NCBI GenBank assembly: GCA_964035545.1
Contig: OZ037769.1
Span: 4,135,929-4,199,928 of the forward strand
Origin: Bugula neritina
Lineage: Eukaryota; Animalia; Bryozoa
DNA: 64,000 bases
Direction: 5' to 3'
Positions within the stretch are counted from its first letter, which is position 1. Each line of letters starts with the position of its first letter. The position numbers and the translations under genes were made by a program. Positions 26,920 through 43,137 of the stretch are shown piece after piece. The notes under the pieces are model-generated. The model was not told where the DNA came from. It saw nothing but the letters and a program-made list of their open reading frames with translations, and did not search any database.

Positions 26920-28976
26920 AATAAATTTCTAAAAGTACACCTGATCTTTCATAAAATGCAAAACCTTTCAACTAACTGTAAAAAAATTAACTTTTGATCA
27001 ATTCTTAAGGCTGGAGTTCCTATAATTTAGCTATTAATTAAAAAATGACACTTTTAAATTTAAAACAAAATTTCTATAAAAATTAATGCGTTTTGAGTTA
27101 CATGGGTGTAAAAAGCTAATATATATTGACTATTTAATCTTCCTGATTACTTCAAGACTAAGATTAGTTCATTGGCTAATCATGATTAATTGACTGAATA
27201 AATATTTAAAAAAACGAGAAAATTAGTAAAAGTTCAACTTGGAAATAAGATAAAATGGTGTAGGTTTTCATATTATTATAGAGCGAATATAGACTATTTG
27301 TGAAGCTAAGGTTAAGGTCACATTATTTAATTGGAAAAAAAGCTTAATATGCTTGCCTGCCTAGATGATGATAAAAATCTAGACTTATAGCCACAAAAGC
27401 AATTAATTCATGTTTCTAAAAGTTTAAGTTGTGTATCATAATAATTAATAGACGTTTTATATTATAAATTAGAGAGAACTGATAGCGAACTCACTTCCTT
27501 ATCTTTTTGTCAATTAAAGTACCACACAGCACAATTTTTTCTCTTCATTTGATTATAATTATAATAAGTTGCAAAATTAATCAAACTGATTATAATGAAA
27601 CATGTCAAGTTTTTCCACCTCCACTATTCTATATTAGTATGTAAAATTAGTTACTTCCTTTTGTGCATTCATTCTCAGATTGTCAATTAGTCTTCTGCAC
27701 TTGAATTATTATGTATGTGGTTATGAACAGTAAAGTGAAGCATATAGTATACTGGGTTTATATTTACGGAACAATATCACAATGTTGAATGCTTACTGCC
27801 AATTGAGGCAAAAGCTAAATGAGTTAAGAACTGTTGCGAATATAACGAGAGACTAATATAGTGCTTTTATTCTTTTATATTCTCAGGGGTAAGAATATCA
27901 TAAAGTCATGTACCTTGCAAGAAATTCTTAAAGCGAATATTCAGTTATTTAACATAAAATCCCTAAAACTTTACTGCTGTTAGGTTTACTGGGCACAATA
28001 GATATTGCCTACTCATTTTCTCCAGAATTTTCCAGGATTATAAATTATAAACTAAAACTTTTCAATTGCAGTTTAAATCGGGTGAATAATGTTATACAAT
28101 ATACATGCTAAGATAATGCGGATGAAAGATTTTGTGAAAAATCAAGAACTTCTTATATTTGCCATTTCTTTGACTGCTAAATGACTCATGAGAATAAAAT
28201 ACCGCATGCACAAGATTTCATTGTATTTCGAAATTTAATGTCACATCATCAAGGGTATTATAACTATAAGCTTTCATTCCAACTCAGTCCCCAATATAAT
28301 ACCATAAGTAGTGTATAAATAGAAGACATTGGTGTATATTATATACCTACCATAACAACATAAAGCCTACAATTGTAGAGTTTTAGCTTTATTTTCAAAG
28401 CATTTGCCCAAAAATCAATGGTATTTACATCATGCTTTTGGCACTTAAGTTGTCTTTAGTTCACTGTATTTGTGTTTTACTATAGCCTTGACTACCCGAG
28501 TTATTTCAACAGACAGTTTTAATTATATATATTCTTACAAGTTATTACAAAAATAACACTTAAATACTTAAAGCAAATCATAATTAATTTAAAGTATCCT
28601 TTCTAATTTTGGATTTGCATATAATTTTAATCAATTTTTTTTTTAGCAAATAAAGTGCAAACAATTTTAGAGAGCGCATTTCATTTTTAGTTAACTTTAC
28701 TATAACTTACTTTTACACTGAGCTCTAGCAGCTCATCATAACACAACGTGGCAGCATAAATGTGATGATATAAGGCATGCATGTTCAATACTGTGTTAAA
28801 ACAATATGGTGCATAAAAAGCAAATACAGAGAAAATACCGAGAAAATACATTCTAAATATATAGTCATGAATGCCAATCAATGCTTTCGAATATTATATG
28901 GCTCAGTTTTTTTTGGCTTATCAAATTAATGCACATGTAGTTTTCAAAATCAATGTTCTGAAAGTTAGCACTTTAA

Positions 28977-29848
28977 TTAGTAGCAGGTGGTAGGTAAAGT
29001 TGGTCTTACAGCTGGGCAAACCAGAGGTACAAATCTATTGATAACTAAATTCTGTAAGTTGCTGATTAGGTTGCATCGGTATCTCTTTCCATCTTCAAAA
29101 CACCTGTTTACTTCATCTCTCTTACTGCTGTTAAACACAATATATCACATACTTGTAAACTGTTTCTAACTTATTAATATTATCCTTGCAGCAAATATTA
29201 ACAATTATTGTGACATATAACAGCATTTAACATAAATTAATTACTCATGATTGCAATAATAATCACTTCAAGCTCTATACAATTTTAGAAACTATATAGT
29301 TTGATCATATTACAAAGCTTTAGTTGATACAAGTTATAATGAGCAGAGTGTAAAATTACCTCAATTAAAGTTAGTTATTCTAAATTTGTTAACAGTTAAT
29401 TTTCTTATCAGTTTTATTTTGCATCAGGAAAAGTTGGCAGATTGACAGCCTTAGTGAGAGCTAGTGTGATTAGGAGTTGTAATAACTTACCAGTTGACAG
29501 TTTTACCGTCACTCTCAAATAGAGTTTGTACGCATGGTAGCATTCTCCCGCAACCTGAAAGTCAGTAATAAGCTTATATAACAAATATTTGATACACCAT
29601 GAAGGGATTAAAGAACGTTCCAGTATAATATAGTTGAACTATTTAATGAAAATCACCAAGCTTTGTTACATAGATAATATAACATATGATTCTTTTGAGA
29701 AATGTAGTTCTAATAAAAAATTATAGGTAACATACTGTCAGCTGTAATTTTAAATAAATTTGAACATTTTGTTTTAATAAATTTTAAAAAAAAATGTTTC
29801 ATTTTTGTAATATTTAGTTGACCTATTGCAAATAAGTGTGTGTGTGGT

Positions 29849-29880
<32 letters not shown>

Positions 29881-29937
29881 CTGTGTGTGTGGTGTGTCTG
29901 TGTGTGTGTGTGTGTGTGGTGTGTGTGTGTGCGTGTG

Positions 29938-29989
<52 letters not shown>

Positions 29990-30693
29990 TGTGTGTGTGT
30001 GCACATAGCAAAGGCAATTGATGAAAATCTTATATAAATTGTTTAATATATATACTATAATATATAGATAATCATACCTTCTGCTGGAAAGTCAATGTAG
30101 AATCTTTCACAGTTTCTTTCAAACAGTAAAACAATTTGAATTCCCTGAGACACTCTCTTGACAGGGTCTTTTACAATACAGTTGGTTACTGTATCAGCTA
30201 TTAAGTCTCTAGCACTACATCAATAAAAAAATTTCCGGTTATATTATTGTTATATCTTTGCAATATTATATGTTAAATACTTCAATAATTTATCATACTT
30301 CATTAGCATTAGCATAATCAACTAAAAGTATAAAGCTTTCAACTATTTATGCAAGAATCTTTTAGTTCATTAACCACACTAGAACACTTTAGATTAGGCA
30401 TGCTGAGTGTTAACAGAAGTTGCTGAATTAAATTATTTATTTCACTTTCTTATACAAAAACGAAGTATATTTATGATAAACCTTTTAGAATATGATAACA
30501 GAGATGATTTCACTCACCTCAAACAGCTAGCATATGTCCTCTGATTAACCAGCTGCTTATACCTGCAGAAAGTTTTTGCAAACTCCTCTTCGCAAACTAA
30601 AATATAAATAACACTCAAAAATTTGAATGACAAGCTAAACTTTTCGTGTTTATTTTTTGAAAACAATCTTATTCATCTTTAATGCTGATCTGG

Positions 30694-30768
<75 letters not shown>

Positions 30769-32191
30769 ACATCTTTTTTATTTAAAAAAACTATATATAT
30801 ATATATATATATATAGTTTTTTTAAATAAAAAAGATGTAACAAAATTTCCACTTGGCATAACCATAACAGTAACAATTTAAAGAACTGACATTTCTGTTT
30901 TATCTTTACAAGTAATTTGCAGAGCTTACCTGGCTGATGTGAGTATGGTTGTGGGTTGCTATGGCTTGGAGTACAGTGGACCCCTGAAATAAAATAGTAG
31001 AGCTCAGTTTATCAATCATTCAACTATATATCAGATGTATAGAATACTCATTCAATGCATTCTCCTATTCATATAATAATCTCTTAAACTGTGACTGACA
31101 AATTTATTCTGTTAAATCAATTTAATATAATTATATTAAAACAAATAAATACATTTTCTCAAGTTCAGGGATTGTGCCTGAAATAGTTAAAATGATTCAA
31201 AATAAAAAAGTCATTTCAACTATCAATTGCCCCTTTATTGAAAATGAGTGCTTGTATTTCATAGCGTAATCTTTATTTAACCTAAGCTGCATGGATGGTT
31301 CTAAAGCCGATATCGGTTGTGAAGCAATGTACTACAGTATATATAAATATTCATACCCGTATTATTATTGAAGTTACTATTTAAAGACTTACCAATAAAA
31401 AGTGCAGTAGCCAGCACACAGATAGACATAATGTTTTTTCTGGACACTAAAATAGACAGAAAATGAAATTTCAAACCTTTAGTAAAGTCGAGCAAAAAAA
31501 CTAAGAGATGTGCATTGTTTGATGTGATAAGGCATTTAAAATAAATGCTTTTCGATCACTACATCTATAAACAAAATCAATAAACTTTATAGAAAATTTA
31601 TTATTATAATAAGTACTTTAGCCAAAACTGTATATAACTGTATAAAACTCTATATAAGCTTTGCTGATTTTCTGTATTAGCGCATAAAAGAAATATATAT
31701 ACTAAATATAGACATGTTTTGTAAAAATAAATTTGGCACTTTATAAAATTATTACAAAGTAAAGCATAACTAATTTTATATTCATATAATGTACAATTAA
31801 ATCAGCTACATAATATTAAATTATCTATCAATAAGCCTCTAAAAATATTGTAAAATAACAAATATATTGTCATTCAAATTATGACTGAATATGTTGAAAG
31901 ATAGTTTTGAAACCTAAGTAATACCTTTTACACTCAAGTATAATATCATTATAACATCATAAATACCTTTCTAAAACAAACAAAATTTGACTGTGTACGC
32001 TAAAAATAGACAAGCCAACTCCTATATTTCAATTATAGCAATTTTTCACAAGTTTGATCTCAAAACTTTCATTAGCACTCACATTTATTTTTGTCAATTT
32101 ATTGTTGAGATACATCTATAGTAAATGAAATATCATAGTTCTTCTGAAATTGAATTCTGAAAATAACTAGTAATAGGATCTACTTACACAT
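28977..32191 (-). CDS. Secreted 12-Cys protein, paralog 4 (180 aa)
   Basis: Exons (minus) 32191-32188, 31446-31393, 30983-30930, 30596-30518, 30214-30078, 29554-29491, 29127-28977. [180 protein letters not shown]. Confidence 0.9.
29835..30001. repeat. (TG)n/(TGCG)n microsatellite
   Basis: Direct reading; intron 5 of paralog 4, homologous position to 3847-3932. Confidence 0.95.
30765..30842. repeat. Perfect 78-bp palindrome
   Basis: 27-bp arm tgttacatcttttttatttaaaaaaac + (TA)12 + exact reverse complement. Confidence 0.95.
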
Positions 32192-32268
32192 TTTGAAGAA
32201 TACAATGTTTTGGTACCAAGTATATAGCTAGTGTATAGTTAGTATAATAGTTGTTCAAAACTATCAAG

Positions 32269-32304
32269 TTTATATACAAAATCTACCAGCTTTTATTGAC
32301 CAAT
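32269..32304 (-). promoter_or_regulatory. Core promoter of paralog 4 (ATTGGTCAATA...TATATAAAC)
   Basis: CCAAT 32300-32304; TATA 32269-32276. Confidence 0.6.
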
Positions 32305-33298
32305 AATGAATTACTAAATATAATCAGATATCTCATAAGTAGCATATGCATTTGTAAGTATATGTGAAAGAAGTAACATGTTAATTGACTCTCAAAGCTG
32401 TAGTCTCTATTAAGTTTACTGGAAAAACGACACTTTTTAATGTAAAATAGACTTCCTAAAAAGTTAATGTATTTAGCTTTACGTGAGTGCAAAAGTTATT
32501 ATATTGATTGATTTATTTTAGAACAATTATTCTATAAACTGATCAATTGATTGATTAAAAGTTTGAGGATAAGAAAAACAACCTATACTTTTTATATAAT
32601 TGTTATATAGAATAGCATTAGTTAATTGCTTTTGTGACTGAATGTCTAAGTTGGTTTTGTTATCCAAGCCTCATTCTCAATTAGCTGAAGTGACCTTATT
32701 GCTGGCCACACAACCAATCTATCTTGACTGCAATAGTATGAAAATTTGCATCGCACTATACCAGCACCATTTTGTTCTTAGTATGAGCTTGAGGTTAACT
32801 AAAAAAACTTGTTAGAGAATGAAAAAGTCTATGCCAACACAACATCATGCTCAGGTTACCAAGTATATTAACTGTGCTGAGTATTTCTTCAAAGTTCAGA
32901 TTGGCACTAAAAGAAGAACAATGTAAAAAGATTCATCATTTTAATTTAAAAAGTGAGATTCCAGAAATTACTGTATTTATTTTTATTTGCATTTTGCTGT
33001 AATTAATAGCCATGGAGTTAAAACTTTAAAATGAAATATTATGCTCACAATTGACTATGATCTGTTTAGATTAGCATTTCAGGAAAGAATATTTCGAGTT
33101 CCAATTGAAGAAATTATTTTCTTTATTAAAGGTAAACACGCCAATTGAATCTATCAAATTAATTAAAAAGCAAAATGTAAGTGTTATGTTGTTGCTTCTA
33201 GTTATAAGCAGGGCTTGATTATCGATATCAATTCTGTATGCAAAAGTATTTCTGTTTCCTTTTTGGATTTGTATTGTGGTGCATTGAAATTCATTGCA

Positions 33299-33301
<3 letters not shown>

Positions 33302-33375
<74 letters not shown>
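33302..33375. repeat. (TA)n microsatellite
   Basis: Direct reading. Confidence 0.95.
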
Positions 33376-33380
<5 letters not shown>

Positions 33381-35059
33381 TACATGATAAAATGCGTTTA
33401 TTTATTTATATATCGTTGTATATTTGTATATAAGCATATTTATATTCATAACTTTTTATAGCTGCTGATCTCTTAGTTGTAGTAAAAGTGCTTTTTACCC
33501 TTTTCATACTTACAGTTTAAGTTGTGTATCATAATAATCAATGTGCATTTCAAATCACAAATTAGAAAGAAGTAATAGCGAATTCACTTCCTTGCCTCTT
33601 GTCAAAGTGCCACAGCACATTTTCTTCTTCTCCTTATTTGATTATAATAAAAAATATTAAGTTGCAAATTTAATCAAGCTGATTATAATGAAACATGTCA
33701 AGTTTTGCAACCTCCACTATTCTATATTAGTATGTAAAATTAGTTACTTCCTTTTGTGCATCTATTCTCAGATTGGCAATTAGTCTACCACTTGAATTAT
33801 AATGTATGTGGTTATGAACAGTAAAGTGAAGCATATAGTACTGAGTTTATATTTACGGAACAATATCACAATGTTGAATGCTTACTGCCAATTGAGACAA
33901 AAGCTGAATAAGTTAAGGACTGTTGCGAATATAATGAGAGAGTAACATAGTGCTTTTATTCTTTTATATTCTCAGGGGTAAAAATACCATGATGTCGTGT
34001 ACATTGCAAAAAGTTCTTAAAGCCGATATTTTATTATTTACCATAAAATTTCTAAAACTTTACTGCTGTGAGGTCTACTGGGCACAATAGATATTGCCGA
34101 CTCATTTTTTCTAGAATTTTCTAGAAGTATAAGTTATAAACTAAAACCTTCCAATTGCTGTATAAACCATGGTTTTATATGATACATGCTAAATTAAAAT
34201 CAATATCTTCCTATACTTGCCATTTTTCAGTTGCTATAGATGATTCATGAGAATTAGAATATGCACACGATTTCATTGCATTTCAAAATTTAATCTCACA
34301 TTATCAAGGGTATAGCTAGCTTCTATTCTAACTCTGTCCCCAATATGATACTATAAGTAGTATTATATAAATAGAAAACATTGGTGTATATTATATATAC
34401 CTATCATGATAAAATAAGGCCAAGAATTGCAGAGTTTAAGCTTTATTTTCAAAGCACTTCGCCCAAAAATCGAATGGTGTTTACATCATACTCTTAGCAC
34501 TTAAGTTATAGTAATATTATACAGCTCACTCTATTTGTTTTTAATTGTCGCCTTAAACATATGCGAGTTATTTTAATACACAATTTTAATTACACTCTTA
34601 CAAATTATTCCAAAAGTAATATTTAAATAATTAAAACGAATCATAATTAATTTAAATCATTCTTTCTAATTTTTGATTTGCTTCTAATTATAAGCAATTT
34701 TTTTTAGCAAATGAAGTGCAAACATGGATTTTAAACATTGCAGTGTTTTATTTTCATTTACATTCATTGTTACATAACTTTGCTATTCACTTTTACACTG
34801 AGGTCTAGCAGCTCATCTTAGCACAACATAGGAGCATAAATTCGATAGCTACTCAATACTGAGTTAAAACAATATAATGCATGTGTTTGTATGTTTGTAT
34901 GAGTAGCAAAGCATAAAAAACAAATATAGAGAAAATACATTCTAAATATAATCATGGATGCTAGTAAATGTTTTAGAACATTATATGCTCCAGTATATTT
35001 TGGCTTATTAAAATAAAGCATGAATTGTTTTCAAAATCAATGCTCTGAAAGTCAGCACT

Positions 35060-37996
<2,937 letters not shown>

Positions 37997-38072
37997 TTTG
38001 AAGAGCGCTATGTTTGGTACCAAATGTAGCTGATGTATTCTTAGTATATAATAGTTGCTCAAAACTATCAAG

Positions 38073-38111
38073 TTTATATACCAAATCTACGACTGTTATA
38101 TATTGACCAAT
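38073..38111 (-). promoter_or_regulatory. Core promoter of paralog 5 (ATTGGTCAATA...TATATAAAC)
   Basis: CCAAT 38107-38111; TATA 38073-38080. Confidence 0.6.
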
Positions 38112-38741
38112 AATAAATTGTCAAATCATCAATATCAATTATAAATTCGCATTCATTGCATTTAAATGTGAACAAAATTAACAAATTGGTTGACTCTCAA
38201 AGCTGTAGCCTCTATTAAGCTTATTAGAAAAAAAGGATATTTTTTAATTTAAAACATACTTCCTAAAAAGTTAATGTATTTAGCTCTACGTGAGTGCAAA
38301 AAGTATTATACTGACGAATTTCTTCCAGGACAATTATTCCATAAATTAATCAATTGATTGATTAAAAATTTGAGGATAAGAAAAACAAGCTATAGAATTT
38401 TTATATAATTGTAATATAGAATAGCATAAGTTAATTGCTTGTGTGGCTAAGTGCTTAGATTGTTATTATTATCCAGGTAGGTATAAATATTTTCCTCAAT
38501 TAGCTAAAGTGACCTTATTTTGGGTCCCACAGCCCTTCTACATAAACTATATGCAATAATATAAACATCTGCATCTCACTACCAGCACTAGTTTATTCTT
38601 AGTTTGAGCTGCAGTTTAAATGAAAAATCTTGCTAGAGAATGAAAAATCTACTAAGTATGTTAAATGTGCTGAGTATTTTTTTCGAATTTCGGATTGACA
38701 CAAAAGGGAGAGCAATAAATAAGGATTCATCTTTTAATTTG

Positions 38742-38743
<2 letters not shown>

Positions 38744-38831
<88 letters not shown>

Positions 38832-38920
38832 ATGTATATATAGATATGTATGTATATATATATGTATATATATATGTATATATGTATGTATATATGTATA
38901 TATATATGTATATATATATA
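38744..38920. repeat. (TA)n/(TATG) microsatellite
   Basis: Direct reading; abuts the LINE 5' end. Confidence 0.95.
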
Positions 38921-38921
38921 A

Positions 38922-40288
38922 TGCTCTCAATTGCTCTCAATTCCCGGTAAAGTTTTTGCCCGTGTCCTTCTAAATAGACTGACATCATATGCAGAAAACT
39001 TCCTACCCGAAACTCAGTGTGGATTCCGTAGTGGAAGAGGAACAGCAGACATGATATTTGCACTGAAGCAGATACAGGAAAAATGCATCGAGCAAAATAT
39101 GCCCCTGTACATGGTCTTCATTGACTTCACCAAAGCGTTCGATACTGTTGATTGGGCGACCCTGTGGAAGATCTTACAGAAACTCGGTTTTCCCAGTCAC
39201 TTCACCAATCTTATCAGCGCTCTCCATACTGGCATGAAGGCCTCAGTGAAGCTGAAGGAGGAGTTATCTGAGTCGTTCCAGGTCAACAATGGTGTGAAAC
39301 AAGGATGTGTGTTGGCTCCAACGCTATTCTCTATTTTCTTATCGGCTGTTCTACAGCACGCATTTGAAAACTGTGATAAAGGCGTCTGGATTCAAAGTAG
39401 ACCTGGAGCTGATCTGTTCAATGTGAACCAATACAAGTCAACAACAAGAACACAGAAAGTATTGGTTAGAGAACTCATGTTTGCTGACGACACTGCCTTC
39501 GTTGCACACAGCCATGGCGATGCACAGGAATTAGTCGACAGATTCGCCAGAGCTTCCAAAGCTTTTGGTCTGAAGATCAATATCAAGAAAACGGAAACGC
39601 TCTACCAACCGGCACCTGGAGCCCATGACAGTGGTGACAGTATTTGCATAGATAATGAAGACCTTGCCAACGTCAATAAGTTCAAATATCTTGGGTCTAC
39701 AGTGATGTGCAACAACAAGATGGATGAAGAGATTCATACAAGGATGTCCAATGCTTCAATCTCATTCGGCAGACTAAAGACCAAAGTGTGGTACAATAAG
39801 GATCTGTCATTCAAGACCAAGTGTACAGTGTACAGAGCCATTGTCCTGTCCTCTCTGCTCTATGGAGCGGAGGCCTGGCCTGTATACAGGATAGCCGCTC
39901 ACAAATTCAACACCTATATGATGAGACATCTACGCCAGATCTTGAACGTGAAGTGGTGGGATTTCATCTCGAATGAGGAGACTCTAGCACAGGCAAATCT
40001 ACCCAGCATGTATGAACTACTCATTCAAAAAAACCTGAAATGGGCTGGTCATGTGCATCGAATGGATAACTCTAGATTACCTAAACAAATTCTCTATTCA
40101 CAACTGAAAGAAGGCACCCGTGGTGTTGGCAGGCCGCGACTGAGATTCAAAGATACCGTTAAACGCAATCTAAAAGACATGAAGATCCCTATTGGTAGCT
40201 GGCAATCTCTCAGCAAAGACAGATGTAAATGGAGGACCATGATTCACCGGAAGTCATCTTCGGACACGAAGGACAGCTAATGATGATA
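38922..40288 (+). mobile_element. 5'-truncated RTE-clade non-LTR retrotransposon (LINE)
   Basis: Visibly GC-richer than flanks; RT ORF starts mid-domain; stop codon followed directly by a short TGATGAT tail; sits at the edge of a (TA)n tract; possible degenerate TSD TATATAA(AA)TGCT. Confidence 0.9.
38931..40280 (+). CDS. Reverse transcriptase + C-terminal domain of RTE LINE (N-terminally truncated, no endonuclease)
   Basis: Uninterrupted 449-aa ORF with motifs [59 protein letters not shown]. Confidence 0.92.
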   Translation: MLSIPGKVFARVLLNRLTSYAENFLPETQCGFRSGRGTADMIFALKQIQEKCIEQNMPLYMVFIDFTKAFDTVDWATLWKILQKLGFPSHFTNLISALHTGMKASVKLKEELSESFQVNNGVKQGCVLAPTLFSIFLSAVLQHAFENCDKGVWIQSRPGADLFNVNQYKSTTRTQKVLVRELMFADDTAFVAHSHGDAQELVDRFARASKAFGLKINIKKTETLYQPAPGAHDSGDSICIDNEDLANVNKFKYLGSTVMCNNKMDEEIHTRMSNASISFGRLKTKVWYNKDLSFKTKCTVYRAIVLSSLLYGAEAWPVYRIAAHKFNTYMMRHLRQILNVKWWDFISNEETLAQANLPSMYELLIQKNLKWAGHVHRMDNSRLPKQILYSQLKEGTRGVGRPRLRFKDTVKRNLKDMKIPIGSWQSLSKDRCKWRTMIHRKSSSDTKDS

Positions 40289-40521
40289 TATAAAATGCTA
40301 ATTTCAAAACAAAATCACTCAACCGTACACACAACGACCTGATGATTGTAGCTTGCACTACGTGAAACAATATTGTAAAAATGAATATATAAGTTTATTT
40401 TATATCCAAAATTGTATCAGTACCAAATATAAATACTCTATTTTTTGAAATATTGAGTTCTTTTAATTCATTTTTTTAAATATAGAAACTATATATATGT
40501 ATATATATATGTATATATGTA

Positions 40522-40591
<70 letters not shown>

Positions 40592-40595
40592 CCAA

Positions 40596-40642
40596 TCTGT
40601 GGACAGCAGCTGTTTCAGGATTTGTCTCCTCATCAGCACAGA
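40596..40642 (-). ncRNA. Type I hammerhead ribozyme, solo copy with intact catalytic core
   Basis: Minus strand: UCUGUG CUGAUGA GGAGACAAAUCCU GAAA CAGCUGCUG UC^ CACAGA; adjacent to (TA)n 40491-40586; stem II weakened. Confidence 0.8.
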
Positions 40643-43137
40643 GTAGAGTATCCTCTAACTTGAGTTGTTCTTATCTCTGATAATTAGTACTGCAATTTTT
40701 TTATTCTTTCACATGTTTTAACTTAAAACATTGTTTCTCAAGTTAATTATATGCATTTCATTACATAAATTAGAGAGAAGTAATAGCCGATTTACTTCCT
40801 TACCTGTTGTCAAAGCACCGCACCACAATTTTCTCTGCATTATCTTTATTTGATTATAATATTAATAAGTTGCTAGTTTAATCAAACTGATTAAAATGAA
40901 ACTTGTCAAGTTTTTCCACCTCCACTATTTAATATTAGTATGCACAATTAGCTACTTCCTTTGAGCATTCATTTTCAGATTGTCACTTATTCTAGTAATT
41001 CTGCTTTTAAAATATAATCTATATTGCTATGAATGATATATTAAAGCACATTACTGACTCTTTAAATAATTCACAGAATAATATCACACTATTAGATGCT
41101 CACTGTTTAAGAAAGAAGCAAAGGCTGAAAGATCCAAGTTGTTGAACATAAACTTAGAAGTTAATATTGTGCTCAAAAATTTATTCATTTATATATTATC
41201 TGGAGTAAAAAGACTATTAAGTCATGCAGATCTGTCAAGAAGCTCTTAAAGCCAGTACCAATATTATAATTTTACATAAACTTCCTAAAACTTTACTGCA
41301 GTGAGATTTACTTGAGTACATGCACATGCAAATTACTTTAAAATCATTTTTTCAGGGTTTGCTAAAAGCAATGATTTTAGACTAATTAACACTTTAATAA
41401 CTGAGCAACTTAAATTACATATCTATGTTATACTATTATATATAATAGAAAAATATAATTGCTTCTGTTGTAACTTATGTCAACATTGTTATTAATAACT
41501 GCAGCCAGGCATAATTCTATTAATGAAGTGACCTAAATACATTAGTCAGGCAACTATATATACATTATAGCTTTTGTTTCAATAACACAATAATTTACAG
41601 CAATAAATAAGATAATAATTGCATATAATTAGCAATGACAGTTTTTTCACAGGCACACTACGCAGTTTTTATAAAGACAATTTAGGAATATAATTAACAG
41701 CTTCCCAAAAAATAGTATAGACTCCGCATATATTATATACATGTACATACATATACAGACTATTCTAATTAACTGTTAACTATTTCAATTACATTTATAA
41801 ATGCATAAAATGTAACCTAGAGGATTTTTCTTATTCTATAACTATTGCAAGCAATTAGACAATAAAAGTAACATATTTAATTTAGACTACTCAACTTATG
41901 TTATGTGGTGACAATATAATTCCAAATTTATTTGCTAAATTTTATACTTAAATTACTTGCATTGTTTGTAAAATATTGGGAAATCTGTTTCAAAATTAAC
42001 AAAAACAGTGCAGCTTTTTATACATTATATGTTAATTATATGCTAATTTTTCCAATGCTTTTATCTATTATAGCCATAAATTGTAAGCCAAGCAAGTTAT
42101 ATATATTTAATTTGATAGAAAAACTTGCATTAATGAGCAATTATAAAACTAAGTTTTAACTAAATATAAAAATTTCAAAGACAGATCAAAGAAGTTAAAT
42201 TGAATTGAAGTTAACTTTGTATTTATTTCTTGCAAAGCGTAATTTTGAAAAGCAAGACGTATTCTGAGATATTACAAAAGTTATCATGATTAGAATTTTA
42301 TTTTTAAAGTCTTTGCTTGCTTCAATGTTTTGCTATTACTGTGTATGCAATAAACTTGTTTTATTTATAGGCGCAACAGTAAAATAGGACACAATTTATT
42401 TTAGATGTATAAAACACCAGCATGAATGATATTATAATCTTGGATTGAGTTGTATATAATGAGATTCTTTGATGCCATTTTATCTTTCAGAAACTGCGTA
42501 AACCTTAGAAAATTAAAAGTATTTAATGTGTCAATTGATTTTTGAATTTTGAAGTTGGGCAAGTATATATTATTTGTTGTATTTATTGAAAACCAGGAGC
42601 ATAGTTGTTGCACATGCATTAATCTTTAATATAAAAAGATTTACCAAGCGCATGATTTTGGTTCATGCATGTGAGTTGGATCTTACCATTACAATTTGCT
42701 ATATATATTTCCATGCGTCTCATATAGTTTGAATTTATTATTAGTACTTTTTATATTTACATTTTTATTTTTTGAAACTGCTGGCAGTCAATTTTTTATT
42801 TTTATAGAATTTAAAGATAAATTCTATCTTACTGAACAAACATGGTGATTATTTTGTAGGATGCTTAAACTAGTGAAAACAGGCAATTTTGATTGATCTG
42901 ATAGAACTGTGTACTACAATTTTAAGCATATTATCTCAGCCTCATGTATTTTTCTCATCTTGATAAATTAATTTTATTTTTAAATAATAATTATATATCT
43001 TTTTAGAAAAAAACTGTTTGAAAATTATATATGCATTTGTTTTTAAGAGCAATAATTACTCATTCAAAATTGAAAAGAAATTTTTCATGCTTAAAAAAGC
43101 TGCACTATGATAATGGCGAGCAATTTATGTTGCAGGT

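Noticed and set aside
29710-30037. Six Cys/Val- or His/Thr-rich ORFs (also 46705-46933)
   Set aside because: Translations of (TG)n/(CA)n repeats inside introns
39392-39737. Minus-strand ORFs within the LINE
   Set aside because: Antisense shadows of the RT ORF
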